The position numbers and the translations under genes are program-made. From Gonapodya sp. JEL0774 (Eukaryota), in the NCBI GenBank assembly GCA_027604505.1, contig JADIIX010000119.1, positions 1 to 64,000 of the forward strand: 64,000 bases of DNA, in the 5' to 3' direction. This document shows positions 12,767 to 31,398 of this stretch, piece after piece. Below the pieces are notes generated by a model that was given only the letters and a program-made list of their open reading frames with translations, did not search any database and was not told the origin of the DNA. Position 1 is the first letter of the stretch. Each line of letters begins with the position of its first letter.

Positions 12767-15700
12767 CTAATTCAATTTGCAAAGAAGCGGGAAGAGTGCG
12801 CATAGCAGGTTCCTCGGAGTCGCTGTTGTTCTCGTCGTGGTAGTGGTAATTGCGCGTACTGTTGTGGTGGTAGTGATTGCGCGTACTGTTGTAGTGGTAG
12901 TGATTGGGCCCTTCGTGGTGATGACAGTCCTAGCCGTGGTGGTCGTGGAAAATGCACTAGTCGCACTTGTAGGCACTGATGTGGTAGCTGTCGTTGCCTT
13001 GATGGTAGTCGATGCGCTGGACGTTTGGGAGGTCGTGGAAAAAGTCGTTGAGCTGGTGGTGGTGGTGGTGGTGGTGGTGGAAGTACTGAACGCCTTTGGA
13101 GTCACAACACTGTGAGTGCCGAAGCACGAAATTAGCTCAGATAAAAACGAAGTCTCATAAACGGATATACAAACAATGTGATAGGTGGAGTGAAGCTTAT
13201 TATTTGAGAAAGTCCTGGTGCTGAATTCACCCAAACAGTCTAATGTGACAATATTTTGTTTGAACGGAGTTTTTCCAGCTCAACAGTGAGAATATCGGAC
13301 TCACTGGGAGATCATTGCCAAGTTTGTCAACTTGTTGGCCGGATGTGACTGTCACCCCTGCCGGCAAGGTGATCGGAATCCTGCACGATGCTGTGCTGCT
13401 GACGCGGAGAGTGGAGATGGACGCGATTCCAGTGGCGGAAACGATGAGGTCGTAATATGTGGAAGAACCGCAAGTGTTGCGTGCAGCGCGTTCACGATAT
13501 ATTTGGGCGAGATCGTCTCCTTTCTGTTTAACGTTTATGGTATGTTCAGACGACGACATTGGGATGCAATGACGTAGGTGAGTACTCACAAGTGATATCA
13601 CTGGCCAATTGACGAGGCCAGTGTACGCAGAAAACACAGCTTCAACCCACTGCTGGAGGACGCCCAGCTTCCCGGTTACACCTCCAACTGTAACAGTGGG
13701 CATATCAGCGTTGCGGAGATTCGCTTGATGGAACATCTAGGGGTAATCAAAAAGTTCACAATAATAATCCAGTTGGCGGTTTTACTTTACGTACAGTCGG
13801 ATCATGCCTGATACCGAGGAGAAGAAGTAATACGCGGTCTTGCTCGCGTTGAAGAATCTGAGACCACGTTGAGATCCCAAGAGTCTGCGATAATCATCCG
13901 AGTACCAGTGAGTGTGATGAGCCATGCCTCACAGCTGTCAGGCACTCACAGCATTATAAAGATTGTTGTAAATGTACTCGATTTCATTTGGTTGGGTGCT
14001 GTGCCAGCAATTGCATGTTGGAGGGATTCACCAAAAGGATCGTGACAGAACCTCACCAAAAGAAATAAACATGGCAAGGCCAACGAGGAACTACTGTGTA
14101 CCCTTCATAGTTTGAAGAAGCGGTGGTGGTTACCCAGAAATCATAAGGGCGGTTTGAGTCGGAAATTGCTGGGCGAGAATTGTCCCCGACGATTGAGGTT
14201 ATTCCGTTTGATGTGAGTGTCTTTAATGCGTTCTCTGAAATGCAATTAGATGTTTTAGGTACATCTCAGAACCGTGCTAAAAGAAACACCTTTCACCATT
14301 GTGCAGACCACTAATTTGAGGTGTTACCATGGACGCCGAGGACCACCACTGCGTACCAATGAGGTTCAGGAAGCCCTGACCTGCCATTTTCAAGTTCGTT
14401 TTCAGCTCCTTGTCGATGTCGCTGGATGACGTATTGTCAAGATTCTCATGCTACGGATGTAGCAAGCGTCATTCCACAGTACATCACATGGTTTTGAAGC
14501 ACGGGTGACTCACGGTGAAGGTATGTGACGTGAAGGTGAACTTGCCCAGACCAATACCTCCGGAAACAAAGTATTTGTAGAGGGGATCCGCTTGCTGGAG
14601 TGCACTACTGGACCAAGCGGTGCTAAAAGTGGCCGGCCAGCCTAGAGTAGCAATCATGGGTCACATACAGCGCACTTGAAGGTCCTTTGATCTCTTTGCG
14701 TGAAACTGAAACTCACGAACGTCCCCCACTGTGCCGGCGGGCTTGATGAACTCGACGGGTACATGACTCTCAGTGTCGATGTCGATCCTTTTCCAAAGTG
14801 GACAGAGTGAGGTCCCAAAAGAACCACTACTTGGCAAGCGCAATCATACCATGCTGGATCAGGTCCGTTTCGCTCAAGAATTCCGTTGCCATTCTAAAGA
14901 ATGCGGAGAATGTGACCTGGCTCGTTGGATGAATGAGATCAAACGGGACCTACAAATGCGTGTTCGAGCTTGAACGAACTCCCAGATGGAAGGCGACTGT
15001 TGAAATCGTCTTGCCAAGTGATAATGCCCGCAATATCATCCACGGATACTCGGTAGTCGTAGGTAGCAGTGCTTGTCGACATGGAAGTCCACGTTATTGT
15101 TCCAAAGTTACGAATCAACGATGAAAACCATCTTACCTTGCAGTAGGGGTGATTTCTGTTGTCAAGAAAAGGTCATCCACCTGTGCCAAGAAAAGGGTAC
15201 GCCTCCAACCAGATATGAGACCATGTGTGCCCCAGGCGAGCCAAACGTGGTTTAGAAGCAGTGAGCACGGCCTGGGGAAAAATCGGGAGGAAGCCCGATA
15301 TGGGTTCGGTGACACGGGAGAAGAAAGCGGAACAAATAAACATGGGGGTCGACACAGCGGATCCGAAGTAGACTGATCGAGGTTAGGTTTCGAACACTTA
15401 CGACCAAAACCCAAAGCTCGTGTAAAAGCGCATGACTTCACGGCCATTCGTGTATGTGACGTGAACCGCGGCGATGGTTTGTGACGGATAATCAGCTCCG
15501 TTTGGCGCAAAGAACGCTACCGGAACAACGCTTCGAATGTTCGTCGGTAAAGGACCGTAAATACTCGCTGGGTAGTGGTAGAGTCCCGGATTGGAGATGG
15601 TCGCAGTGGTTTTCAGATTCGCCAGACTCGCGTACGATGCGTTGAACGATATAGGTTGCACGGCGCTTGTTCCAAACACCGCGGTGTTGGCCACAATAGT

Positions 15701-16325
15701 CCCGTCAGCTGGGAGCGGTGTATCATTGAGAGTGACTCGACGGACACCGTATGTGCTCTCATAGTCTTCGAGCTGAAAATTTCGGTATCATAAAATATGA
15801 ACAAATCATGCATTTCACATCAAATAGGACTCACAAACGCCCATTGCGAGGCTGTAAGAACAGATTGGTAGACTCCATTGCTGAGAACCTGGCAATGATC
15901 TCCATAAGTAAACAAACGGTAGGAAAGTGCTTCCCTCCTGAAGCATTCGCACCTGAAGCTGGCCACTGGTGAGTACGATGAGCGAGTACTTTGGTCGATT
16001 ATTGGCATCAAGTAAAGGAAGATTTCCCGAGATTCCATTCGACGGTAGAATAATGAGGTCGTATTGCACCTCGTACGACGAAAAGGTCGTGATGGGGGCT
16101 GAACACAAAAAGTAGGTTACAGCAATGGGAGTTCATTACGCAGATGTCAGAGAAGTCAGTTGTTCGGCACTTACCGTCCTCTCCGCCGGCTGTCGTGGAA
16201 AGAAGTAGGATCCTGTTGCCGACCACATATGTGGACTGTCCCCAGAGACCCCTCGCCAAGCACGTTACCCCGAAGATGATCGCAATCAACCAGCTCAGCG
16301 GCTTCAGTCCAGACATCATCCCCAT
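12767..16325 (-). CDS. Agd3-like (CE18) secreted polysaccharide deacetylase with a Thr-rich tail, multi-exon
   Basis: Signal-like N-terminus (LSWLIAIIFGVTCLA); RTLFLAQVDDLFLTT, FTSHTFT|HENLDN and MFHQANLRNAD motifs resemble the Aspergillus Agd3 catalytic motifs; C-terminal S/T-rich mucin-like region. Confidence 0.75.
12841..13080. repeat. Coding low-complexity repeats: 27-bp tandem unit (ITTTTTVRA) and a (GGT)n run
   Basis: attgcgcgtactgttgt(g/a)gtggtagtg repeated in tandem; ggtggtggt run at about 13055-13080, encoding poly-Thr on the minus strand. Confidence 0.85.
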
Positions 16326-17632
16326 CGGATTGCAGAATTGAACCACCAGATTTTTCCGTTGTTGCGGAAGGATCGGAGCATCCTTTGAAGGATTTGTGAT
16401 GATGGGCGAACGCCGCCGCATGCGCCCTTGTTTGGAACAACAAGGGGACCATAGCAAAGAAACAAAAGAAAAAACTCGGGGGGCGCGAACGAGAAAGTGA
16501 GTGAGGTGACTTGACACAAATGTGTGATGGTCAAAGCGGTTCGGCGGCTGGGAACCTGATCGGGGAGGGTTGGTCGGGATTTCATTCAATAACTCGTCCG
16601 TCGCCCTCATTGTTCACCTCCTCCATTGCACCTCCCTTTCAGACCCCCGCATTCCGAACAACCCACCAACAACCCACAGCCTACCCACAGTCTAAGCGCC
16701 TTATTCATTCTGCCTCGTCTTTGTCCTCCCTCCATTGTCAGAACCCCCCATCTGCCACCTTCATTCACTTTGTCGACGGGGGCAAACTGGGAGCGAGCGG
16801 AGCAGAGCGACTTCACTTTTCGTTCGATTTATTGAGTGCTAACAACCCCCCTCTCTCCCGTTCCACTGCATTTCCCATCTCAGCGTTCCCTTCCCACCTA
16901 CCGCCGCTTACTTCTTCCTTCCTCTCAATCTTCCAGAACCCCGATCTCCATTTCTCCACCATACCACCCATCCCACCACCTCCATTTGCACCCATCCCAC
17001 TTTCACCCTGGCACCTCTCACCTAGCACCGCCCTGCGGTGGGACGGGTGGCAGAGGGGGGAGGGGAGAGAAGAGGTCCTGTACATGCTTTTGATTCTCTA
17101 CAACAAAAATGTACCGAAAAGCAACAAACAGCGTAAGTATCGCTCACTTTGTCCCAATTTGTTTCGATGACCGCCACGCAAATACATTATCGGTGGTTCT
17201 TCATTTACTTTTATCACCACCGGATGATACTCATCGATTGGAGCTTCATTTCGGTGGACAAGTTTCGCATGCATCGCTGTCCAGGGTTCAGCTTCTAGCG
17301 TGTAGACACATTGAAGTTGGCATTATTGATGGGCAGGGGTACACCGAAGCGGTGTGCACGCAGAAAGTGGGAGCGGGCGGAAACTCAGTGTTACGGCGGG
17401 GCCGTGGCAGGTGCGCAAGGAGAGAGAGGAGAGCGGGAGAGAGTTTGAGCAGTTGCGGTGGTTGCCACCGAGTCGCGGACCGATCCGGCCTCAATGGTTC
17501 AGCGTTCAGCTGAAGGAGACAAGTCGCGGTAAGAGTGGTACACTGAAAAGCATTTCAGAGAAATCGGTGCAGTGCAGAAGATGGCGGCGGAGGCAGTGAG
17601 CGGGGTGGGTGGGTGGGAAGGTGGGGTGTGAA

Positions 17633-17730
17633 NNNNNNNNNNCGGCGGGGCGCGCGCTGGGCGGGGTGGGGGGCCGTCTGGCGGGCGCGGCGCCGCCCCC
17701 CGCCGCCGCCCCCCCCCCCCCCCCCCAGAG
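17633..17730. other. Assembly gap (10 N) followed by very GC-rich/poly-C sequence, probably low quality
   Basis: N run at 17633-17642, then ~90 bp of almost pure G/C including a long C homopolymer. Confidence 0.8.
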
Positions 17731-18430
17731 GAGGGGAAGAGCGGGGATCGAACAGATTTGGAGAGGACAAAGCAGGCGTCGGTTACGCCAGCGCGGCGGA
17801 GACTCGGTGCGATAACCAGTGGTGGGACTGTGGGATGTTATGGGGAGAGAGCGCGGCGAGTGGAGTGGAGTATGAAGGAACAGTGGAGAAAGCAGTGTAA
17901 CAAAATGAGGCGATTCGGTTGTCACTGTGGAGAACAGGTCCCGGTACTTCGAGTCACGCTTGCTCGCAAGTTGTACATGTTGAATACATTACCAGAAGCA
18001 AAGTTATCAGTAGGCTTCTGGTAATTCTTCACAAGTCTAGACCTTATTAAGAACATGGCCAAGCTCATTGCAAATTGCTGTTCTAACCTTTCTGCATCTG
18101 GGCTTACTGCGTTTCTTAGGTTTACTTGACAAGTGATTGCGCGTGTGTTTATGGCTGGGGCCGGCAATGGAGGGGCGGGATCGCTCCTTTTGTTGTTGGT
18201 GATTGGCGTTCCCTCCCTTCCCTTTTTTCTTTCCCCCCCTTTTGTTTTTCATGAATGGAATCCGACAGTAATATATCTATTTCTATTGAACGACATGCTA
18301 AGTTCTGGTGCAAGTTTTAAAAAAAATTATCTCTCTACCTCCACTCCAACATCTCGGCTCCTAAAGCCCCCCCACTCCAATGCATCAATCCTCTCGCTGT
18401 CAAACATCGCTTATGATCCCCGGTGCACCT

Positions 18431-24220
<5,790 letters not shown>

Positions 24221-24276
24221 CGTAGCGAAGTTTGTGGTCTGTAGAAAGGAATTAATTTGCTGTCAAGAAACCCCGC

Positions 24277-24432
24277 ATTTATATTGCATCACACGACTGC
24301 GTTGAGTTTCGGCAAAACAGGTGCACCCGGCCCCTTTTCGTCCTCCCCTTTCCTTGCCACCCCTCTCCCTTCCTCCAACCCTGTTTTGGGACATGTTTCG
24401 TGTTTGGGCAAAACAAGTACACCCGGTCCCCT
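24277..24432 (-). promoter_or_regulatory. Putative ABC transporter promoter: TATA-like box plus a duplicated ~29-bp element
   Basis: TATAAAT on the minus strand at 24277-24283, ~60 bp upstream of the ATG; imperfect direct repeat at 24307-24335 and 24403-24432. Confidence 0.45.
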
Positions 24433-25500
24433 GTACCTCCCGATGGAATAAGCAGCCAACGCACCTGAGGGATTCCTAATAACGATTACGAATTACCGTC
24501 AACAAGTAGCGCTCTGACCATATCGATGACGTCCTCCAAAGCATCCATGCCGATGTCGTTCGTTCCAGAATGTCATGAACCCGCGGCATACATATTTAGT
24601 TGTGGAATGTGATGGGTATGTGGGTTGGTGACCACAGCGTTGTCGTTCCGTCCGAGAGGACCGGCGGCTCACCTTCAATCCCGCATACAACGTCGAGGGC
24701 ATGAAACACCTGCTCGTGGCCCCTTGTTTCTCTCTGACTTGACTCAGTCCTCGGGATCGTGAACCAGCCCCCGGTGTCTCCCACGCTATAGGAGGCGATG
24801 GGTCGAGAAGTTGGTGTGTGGAGGACTGCAGCTCCTTTACAAGGGATCGCAGCAATTGAAAGCGGGACGTTGCAAAAGAGATTTAGGACGGGGGAAATCG
24901 ATGGAGACATGGGTGGTTGATTTGACCTCCTGGCTCACACGACCTGCTCTTCATGTTTGACACGCGTCACGGGACGGGACGCTCGCTTGACGTGGACGAG
25001 ACGGGGTGGAGTGGAGAGGTTTTGTTATCGGCACTGCCGCTGCTGCTGTTCCTCGCTGGTTGGAGCGTTCCCCTATGCTCCTTCCGCCTCCCCCCCCCCC
25101 CCCCCACAACCCGTAATCTTGCATCCACAGTTCGTTTCAACGTCGTCGGGGCCGGAAAAACAGATATTGGGGAAAGAAAGAAAAGGACCACCACTACCAC
25201 CAAGAGTTCCGCCACCACCAAGCAAGGTTTCAACCTCCACCTCGAACCAAGATTTTGGGACCTGAGGATTCATAGCGATGGAAGACTCTAATATATGTAA
25301 TAAGAAGACCCTTCCAATAAAGCAGAGCAAAATTTTATGCGCGAAGAATCGATAAACGCCTCCAAATGCCCTCTCCAGGGCCCTCTCAAAACTCTCTCCG
25401 CCCTCCGGACCTTCTAAAACGCTGCTCTAACGACCCCACACTCCGCTGGTGCTCAAAGCTGCTCGTACCCAGGCCTCCACACGACGCATACAGGAATCGC

Positions 25501-27446
25501 TCAAGGCCACCTTGGAATCTTTGACAACGTACAGAACATCTGAAACATTACAATGAGACTCGTCGGCGGTTGTCGCACTATCGCAGAACACAAACCAACA
25601 AACTCACGGTACTCTTTCCCACCCTTCGAACTTTCGGGCACAAACTCCGCCGGCGCAAAGATGCACGCCCAGTCACATACCAAAGGTTGACCATCGACAA
25701 GGCTCCGTTGCCCAATCATGCTGTTGACGAAATTGACACGGAAATCTGGGGGATTCATGGACTCCAGCTTTACCGGGCAGTTTTCCAGAGCACCGCGGAA
25801 GATTTGGTTCGAATCATACAGGATGGTCTGAAACGTGTTGCGGCATTCAAGCACCATCAGAAAAAAAAATAGAAAAAAGAAAAAATTAAGCACAGTGGCG
25901 CCGCCTCGTTTGCAGATGCGTCAAATCACTCACAAAAACGTATACTGCGTCGGCCTGGAACTTGCTGCGCATACTGCCTTTACGTGGTCCGTAAGTAATG
26001 CTCATTACTGCCTCATCAAACTTGGACTGGAGGGCAAGGATCCAGTGTCAGACACACATACGGAACGATCAAACCTGTCACGGTGAGCCTCACCCGCTTG
26101 TATCCCCACCCCCGCTGCGACGCCCATTTCGGTCTTCCCAGAACTCCCATCATATCTTCCAGTGTCCCTGTTTTATGATTTCTCCAGGTCAAGGGGAAAA
26201 TCAATTCTCTTTGTCCGACGTACACGGTAATGGTGTCACTCTGCTGTTGCTGTTGCGGCGCTGCATGTCCGCCAGAGCTTCCTTGACTAGAGTTGGATTT
26301 AAGTGTCGAGTGTTGGCTGATGACGTCGTTGAGCTGATATTGATTTGGTTCCTGGAACCCTGGCAGCTGGTACGACGACATGTCCCTTTCTGAGTACGAC
26401 GTCATCTTTCGCGGGTGCCTGTCTGTCGAATAGGATGCGAACCTCTGGCCAGGTGCTGGAGATGCAGAGGGTGGGGGAGTCATGGGTTCGTGTGGCGCCA
26501 TGTAGGATGAGCCATTGTACGACAGCGTCGACATGGATGCTGAGGCAGGTGGAGACGGAAGGCTCTGAGGGCCATGGCCGGTACTGTTTGAGGAGATCGT
26601 AGACACGGAGCGTGAAAGGCTCGGGGGTGCATCTGCCGGCGTCCTGGCTGGTGGGTCGACAGGTTTCCGATTGTTTGCAATCGTCCTTTCGCGCTCGATG
26701 CGCTCCTTGGACCAGAGTAGATGGCCAGTGGCTTCCGTAACCTTAATCGAGAAGAATACTTGATGAGATGGGCTCCTTACGGATGAGAGGTGTACGGTTG
26801 AGGTGAACGCACCTCCTCCAGCTCGATTTTCACCACACTGATGTCAGTGGCTGTAACCTCATACATGAGCAGCAAGTCGTCGTCGTCATCGAGGTGAATA
26901 AGCTTCTTGTCGGCAGCATCTTTGTAGCTGAGTCGGAGTATGTATTTTTGGGCGGCTTGCTCAACTGCGGGAATCTGCAATGCACAACGTGAAGCCGGTG
27001 TCGACAGCCGAGGCGAGTGAGCGTCCATGGTATCACGATCCCACACAGGTAGAGGTGACGTACCTTGCTGAAAATAAAAATACAGAACTCTGGATCGTGG
27101 ATGTGGAGCATGAGTGGGACGGAGAAACCTCGGCCATGTAACGACGGAACGATGTGGCACTCACCGTTGTACGTCTGGGGAAAACTGCCATCCCGGAGCA
27201 CAACCAGTTTGACACCTTCCCAGTAGTCAAGACGCAATCGCTTGATGGCCATCGTAGTACCTCGACGGTCTGCGGAGTGACAGATGTGTCAATGAGCGCG
27301 GGGTTACTCAAGGTCCCATCACCCCCGGTTCGGTACGCCACCTTGAAGTCGATCAGAAAAGTAGTTTGGTTAGTTTGAGGTGACGGGACCGAACGCAGGA
27401 AACGAAAGATGCAGGTGTTGAATTTCGAGGGAAGGTTCTGTGGCAA
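25501..27446 (-). CDS. PB1-domain-containing protein, multi-exon; 5' end uncertain
   Basis: LRLSYKDAADKKLIHLDDDDDLLLMYE resembles the acidic OPCA motif of PB1 domains; it is followed by an S/P/Q-rich linker and further spliced open exons down to about 25501. Confidence 0.5.
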
Positions 27447-28684
27447 AAGCCTCGAGTTTTCGGTCTGTCTCCAGGCAGGTGTGGCGCAGTGGCTGAAGTC
27501 CTCCTGATTTCGTCTTCCAAAAGTCTAAATAATTATTCATTCGAGCCCTTCAAGAGCAGAATGGGTCGTTCGCAGCTACGGTGCATGCCAACGTGATTCC
27601 AAAGGGCGGATGTGTGTACTATGTTATGTATAATATGCAGCGACTTCCCCTCCTGCCCCCCGAATTTGTTGATGGCCCCCCGGGGCAGCGGCTTCAACAT
27701 CACCTCCGGAGCTCAATAGAACAGTACCCTAAAGGTTATTTCCAAACTGGAACGTAAATGAATCCCACGGTGGTAAGAATTGCAAAGCATATCAAGTGTT
27801 GGAGCGATCTCACATTTTCGAGGGACAGTGTGATTCGAGGAAACAAAAGTCTTCTCGCATTGGGGGCTCACACGGATTATTTCAGAGATCTCTTATTACG
27901 CCGAAAACAGTTAGGAACACATAAGAGGATCGAAAAAGTTGAAAATGCTGAAGCTGGAGACACCGCAGACCTTGGGAGACACGAAATGCAACCTGCAAAC
28001 ACAAAACAGAGACAATGGATCTGTCTGGCGATCTGTCAAACCGAACTGGTCCTCTATCGTCATTCTGGTGTTTGGCATTAGCTGGAAGAACTCGAGTCGT
28101 ATCGCGTGTCGAGCTTGGTTCGGATAAGGCAGGCAACAAATATTGGAGTACGACATCAAAACACAAACATCACCTCGCCCTTCCCCACAACTCCCGCCAA
28201 GGTAACTCATCCCGGATGCATTCTCCACTACCCCTTACTTCGAGAACGAAGCGAGAATACAACTTCCGACCGAGCGGTGTCACATGGGGTCGCATCGGAA
28301 GCCACGTCACACCGATGATCCAAGAAGTTTGATTGGTTTCGCGCCACAGGGGCCACAGGCCCCGACCTCCGAAGTGCGCAAATCGCATCAAAGCGAATGC
28401 TTTGTGAGGCCATGGCTGCAAGAAGAACACAAGCTGAGATTCCGATGTTTATCATCCTGGCTCTATAGATATTGAATGGATGAATTCCAAATTAGTCAAG
28501 TTGTCGGATGTGCCACAAGCCACAGCAGGGGTTACCGCAAGTGTGGCACTCCGGAGACCAGGAGGCGTTGAGGGCTGAGGGCGCTCAACTCCTTTCTCTG
28601 TTTCTGAAGCCTCCCCCTTCTTATAAAGGTGGCGAATTCCGCTCCCACACTCCCGAGTTCTCGTCCGTTCCAACTTTAGACACA

Positions 28685-31398
28685 ATGAGCCAAGAGGAAG
28701 CTCCGACATGGGCGGTGAGACAATCAGTTTTCCTTCCGCAGAGTTTTTGATGCCGCCATGTCTTCATGCCGCCACTCTCTTTCTGTTCGGATGGCGCTGA
28801 TGGCGGATGGGTGACTTGTCCGCTTTACAATTGTCCCCATGGTACACATCCGCCGCTCGCAATTGCCATCGTCTCCGCGCTGACAGCCGAAGGAAGAGCA
28901 AGCCCTCTTGCGGAAGATCGACTACCGGATCATCCCGTTGGCGTCCGCCATGTACTTCATGGCCTACTTGGACCGAGTGAACATTGGCAATGGTACAATG
29001 CGGCTCTTGCCACGTATTTCTGTTACCGATGATAGCTGATTGCCCTTATCACTTTCCAATCGTACCGCAGCCAAAGTGTCGAACAGTGGAAAGTGAGTCT
29101 TCCACCTCTGCTCAAAGCCGACGCTCTTTCTAATAATTTCGTCCTTTAATTCAGTGACACCCTGGAGAAGACCTTGAATTTGGACACCGCAGCAAACCAG
29201 TACAACTGGTGCCTGGCCATCTTCTTCATCCCCTACTGCATTTTCGAGGTTCCCAGTAACTGTGAGTACGCTGAAGTTTACCCCTATTTTAAAAAAAAGT
29301 TGCAAGTCAAGTGATATTCGGTCGCGTGCTTTTCTTTCCACCAGTTGCGCTGCGATACTTTGGTCCCCGAATCTGGCTGGCACGAATCATGCTTTCTTGG
29401 GTTCGTTCAGTTTTGAATTTTCATTCACTCTGATCGTGGCCTCATTCTCCGCCGGTCCATACGTCCCTTTCAACCAGAGTATTATTTCCTTATGCCAAGC
29501 GTTCTCTCAAAACTTCACTGGCCTCATGATTTGCCGAACTCTCCTTGGTGCTGCCGAGGTGAGTTGCATTTTGCTTAGGATAAATTCCACCTCCAACGAT
29601 GTCACTGTCACTGACGCAATTGTGGATAGGCTGGTCTCTTCCCGTATGTATCGTCTCTACCGACATTAATCATGCGAGCCACTGACTTTTTGCCTTTAGC
29701 GGTGTCCTCTACCTTTTCACTTTCTGGTACCGAAAACACGAGATCTCCACTCGTGTCGCCGTCCTCTTCTCCTTCAACTCCATCGCCGGCGCATTCTCTG
29801 GACTCCTTGCCTCGGGTTGGTGCACGGTGTGATTCAACGATTCACAGAAAGATTTTCTCATCATTTTCTCGTCATTTACAGCTATTGCGAGAATGAACGG
29901 TGTCGCTGGTTTGAAAGGATGGCAATGGATCTTCATCCTTGGTGAGAAAAGACAATACAGGTGACATGACTATCATTAGTTGCTCATCATCCGACTTTTC
30001 ACTTGTTATAGAGGCCATCCCGTCCTTCATTATCGGTGTCCTTTGCCTGCTCATTCTGCCAAACTTCCCTCAAAGTAAGCTCTCTTCCGATTCAGCCCGT
30101 TTATCGCCGTTCCTAATCACATGTCATCTTGCTGCACAGATGTTTGTGTCGCCTTTTCAAAACTATTCACTCACGAATTCAAGTCTCAAATTCCACTTCC
30201 CATTTCTCGTGCAGGCGCACTTCTTCCTCTCTCCCCGTGAAATCGAAATCGCCGTTGCACGTCTTCCTACAACCGCTGCTTCTGTCACCGAGAAGACCTT
30301 CGATTTGAAGCAATTTAAAGAGACCATGAAGGACCCCATTCTCTCTATGTTCCTCGTAAGTGTTTGTGGCGGTTGTTAGCACCGCAAGCCTGTATCTCAA
30401 GTCCGTAAATCCGTTCCCAGTTGGCGTCTTTGTTCCTTGTCTTGCCGAGTTACGGAGTTTCGTACTTCCGCCCCTCGATTATCTCTGGCATGGGCTTCAC
30501 TGGAGACATGTCCAACCTCATGAGTGCGTGGCCCAGTGTGTTCACCGCCGTTATCGACCAATACTGGGGATGGCGCAGTGACAAAGTCAAGGAGCGGCCT
30601 TGGCACAGTGAGTTGACGACAGTCGTTGGCTGGCAATCGTGGTCTTGATGCTGAGGCATGGTATCGCCCCACAGTTATTGCTTCGGTTGTCACCGGTGCC
30701 GTCGGTAACGCTCTTCTCGTGGCCGGTCAGATTCTCCTCTGGCCCGCAGGTGTACGCTAGTGAGTCTTCTCGTGGTTGTACGAGATGAATTGATTGTTGA
30801 CGCAGAATCTCTTGGGTGCAGCTTCTTCCTGTTCATTTCGGCGCTGAGCAGCCCCGGTTTGCCTATCCTGTTTGTGTACCGTGCCAACACCATCAAAGGA
30901 ACTACCGCACAAGCCATCGCTATGGGCTTGACCATTGCCGTCGGCAACATCGGTGGATTCTGTGGGTAGTTGCATGTAATGCCTCTGTTCGATTTCGATT
31001 TTGACATTCCCTTGTATTGCAGTGGCACCATTCGTTTATCTGAGCTCTTGGTCTCCCCTCTAGTGAGTTCGGCGATCGATTGTTGACTGCAGCCATGAGC
31101 ACAGATTGTTGACCTGGACTGATCTCTTCTCCTCATCGATTTCAGTATCAACGCGATTTGTGAGTGACTTCGGCATGGACTATCTCAATGGTATTTTGAG
31201 ACTGACTTGTTATGTTTTATCGCATCAGGGATCTCCATGGCTCTGCAGCTTGCATGTGGTGGCGTCGTGTTCATCATTAGCAAGTACGAGCAATACAAGA
31301 TCCGGACTGACCCCGAGTGGGCCACCGAAATTGCATCGGGCATCGAGAAGAGCACTCCCATTACAGCCGAGAAGGAGTTTGATGACCTCAAGGTTTAG
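28685..31398 (+). CDS. MFS transporter, anion:cation symporter family (Dal5/Tna1-like), many small exons
   Basis: LLRKIDYRIIPLASAMYFMAYLDRVNIGN|AKV, QYNWCLAIFFIPYCIFEVPSN, RTLLGAAE|AGLFP, FTFWYRKHEISTR, GLKGWQWIFIL|EAIPS; TATAAA at about 28622. Confidence 0.9.

Noticed and set aside
12777..13115. Val-rich plus-strand ORF, and the similar ORF at 50552-50797 on the minus strand
   Set aside because: Antisense shadows of Thr-rich coding regions
16500..18400. ORFs around the first N gap
   Set aside because: Low-complexity or low-quality sequence with no recognisable protein motif or consistent exon model
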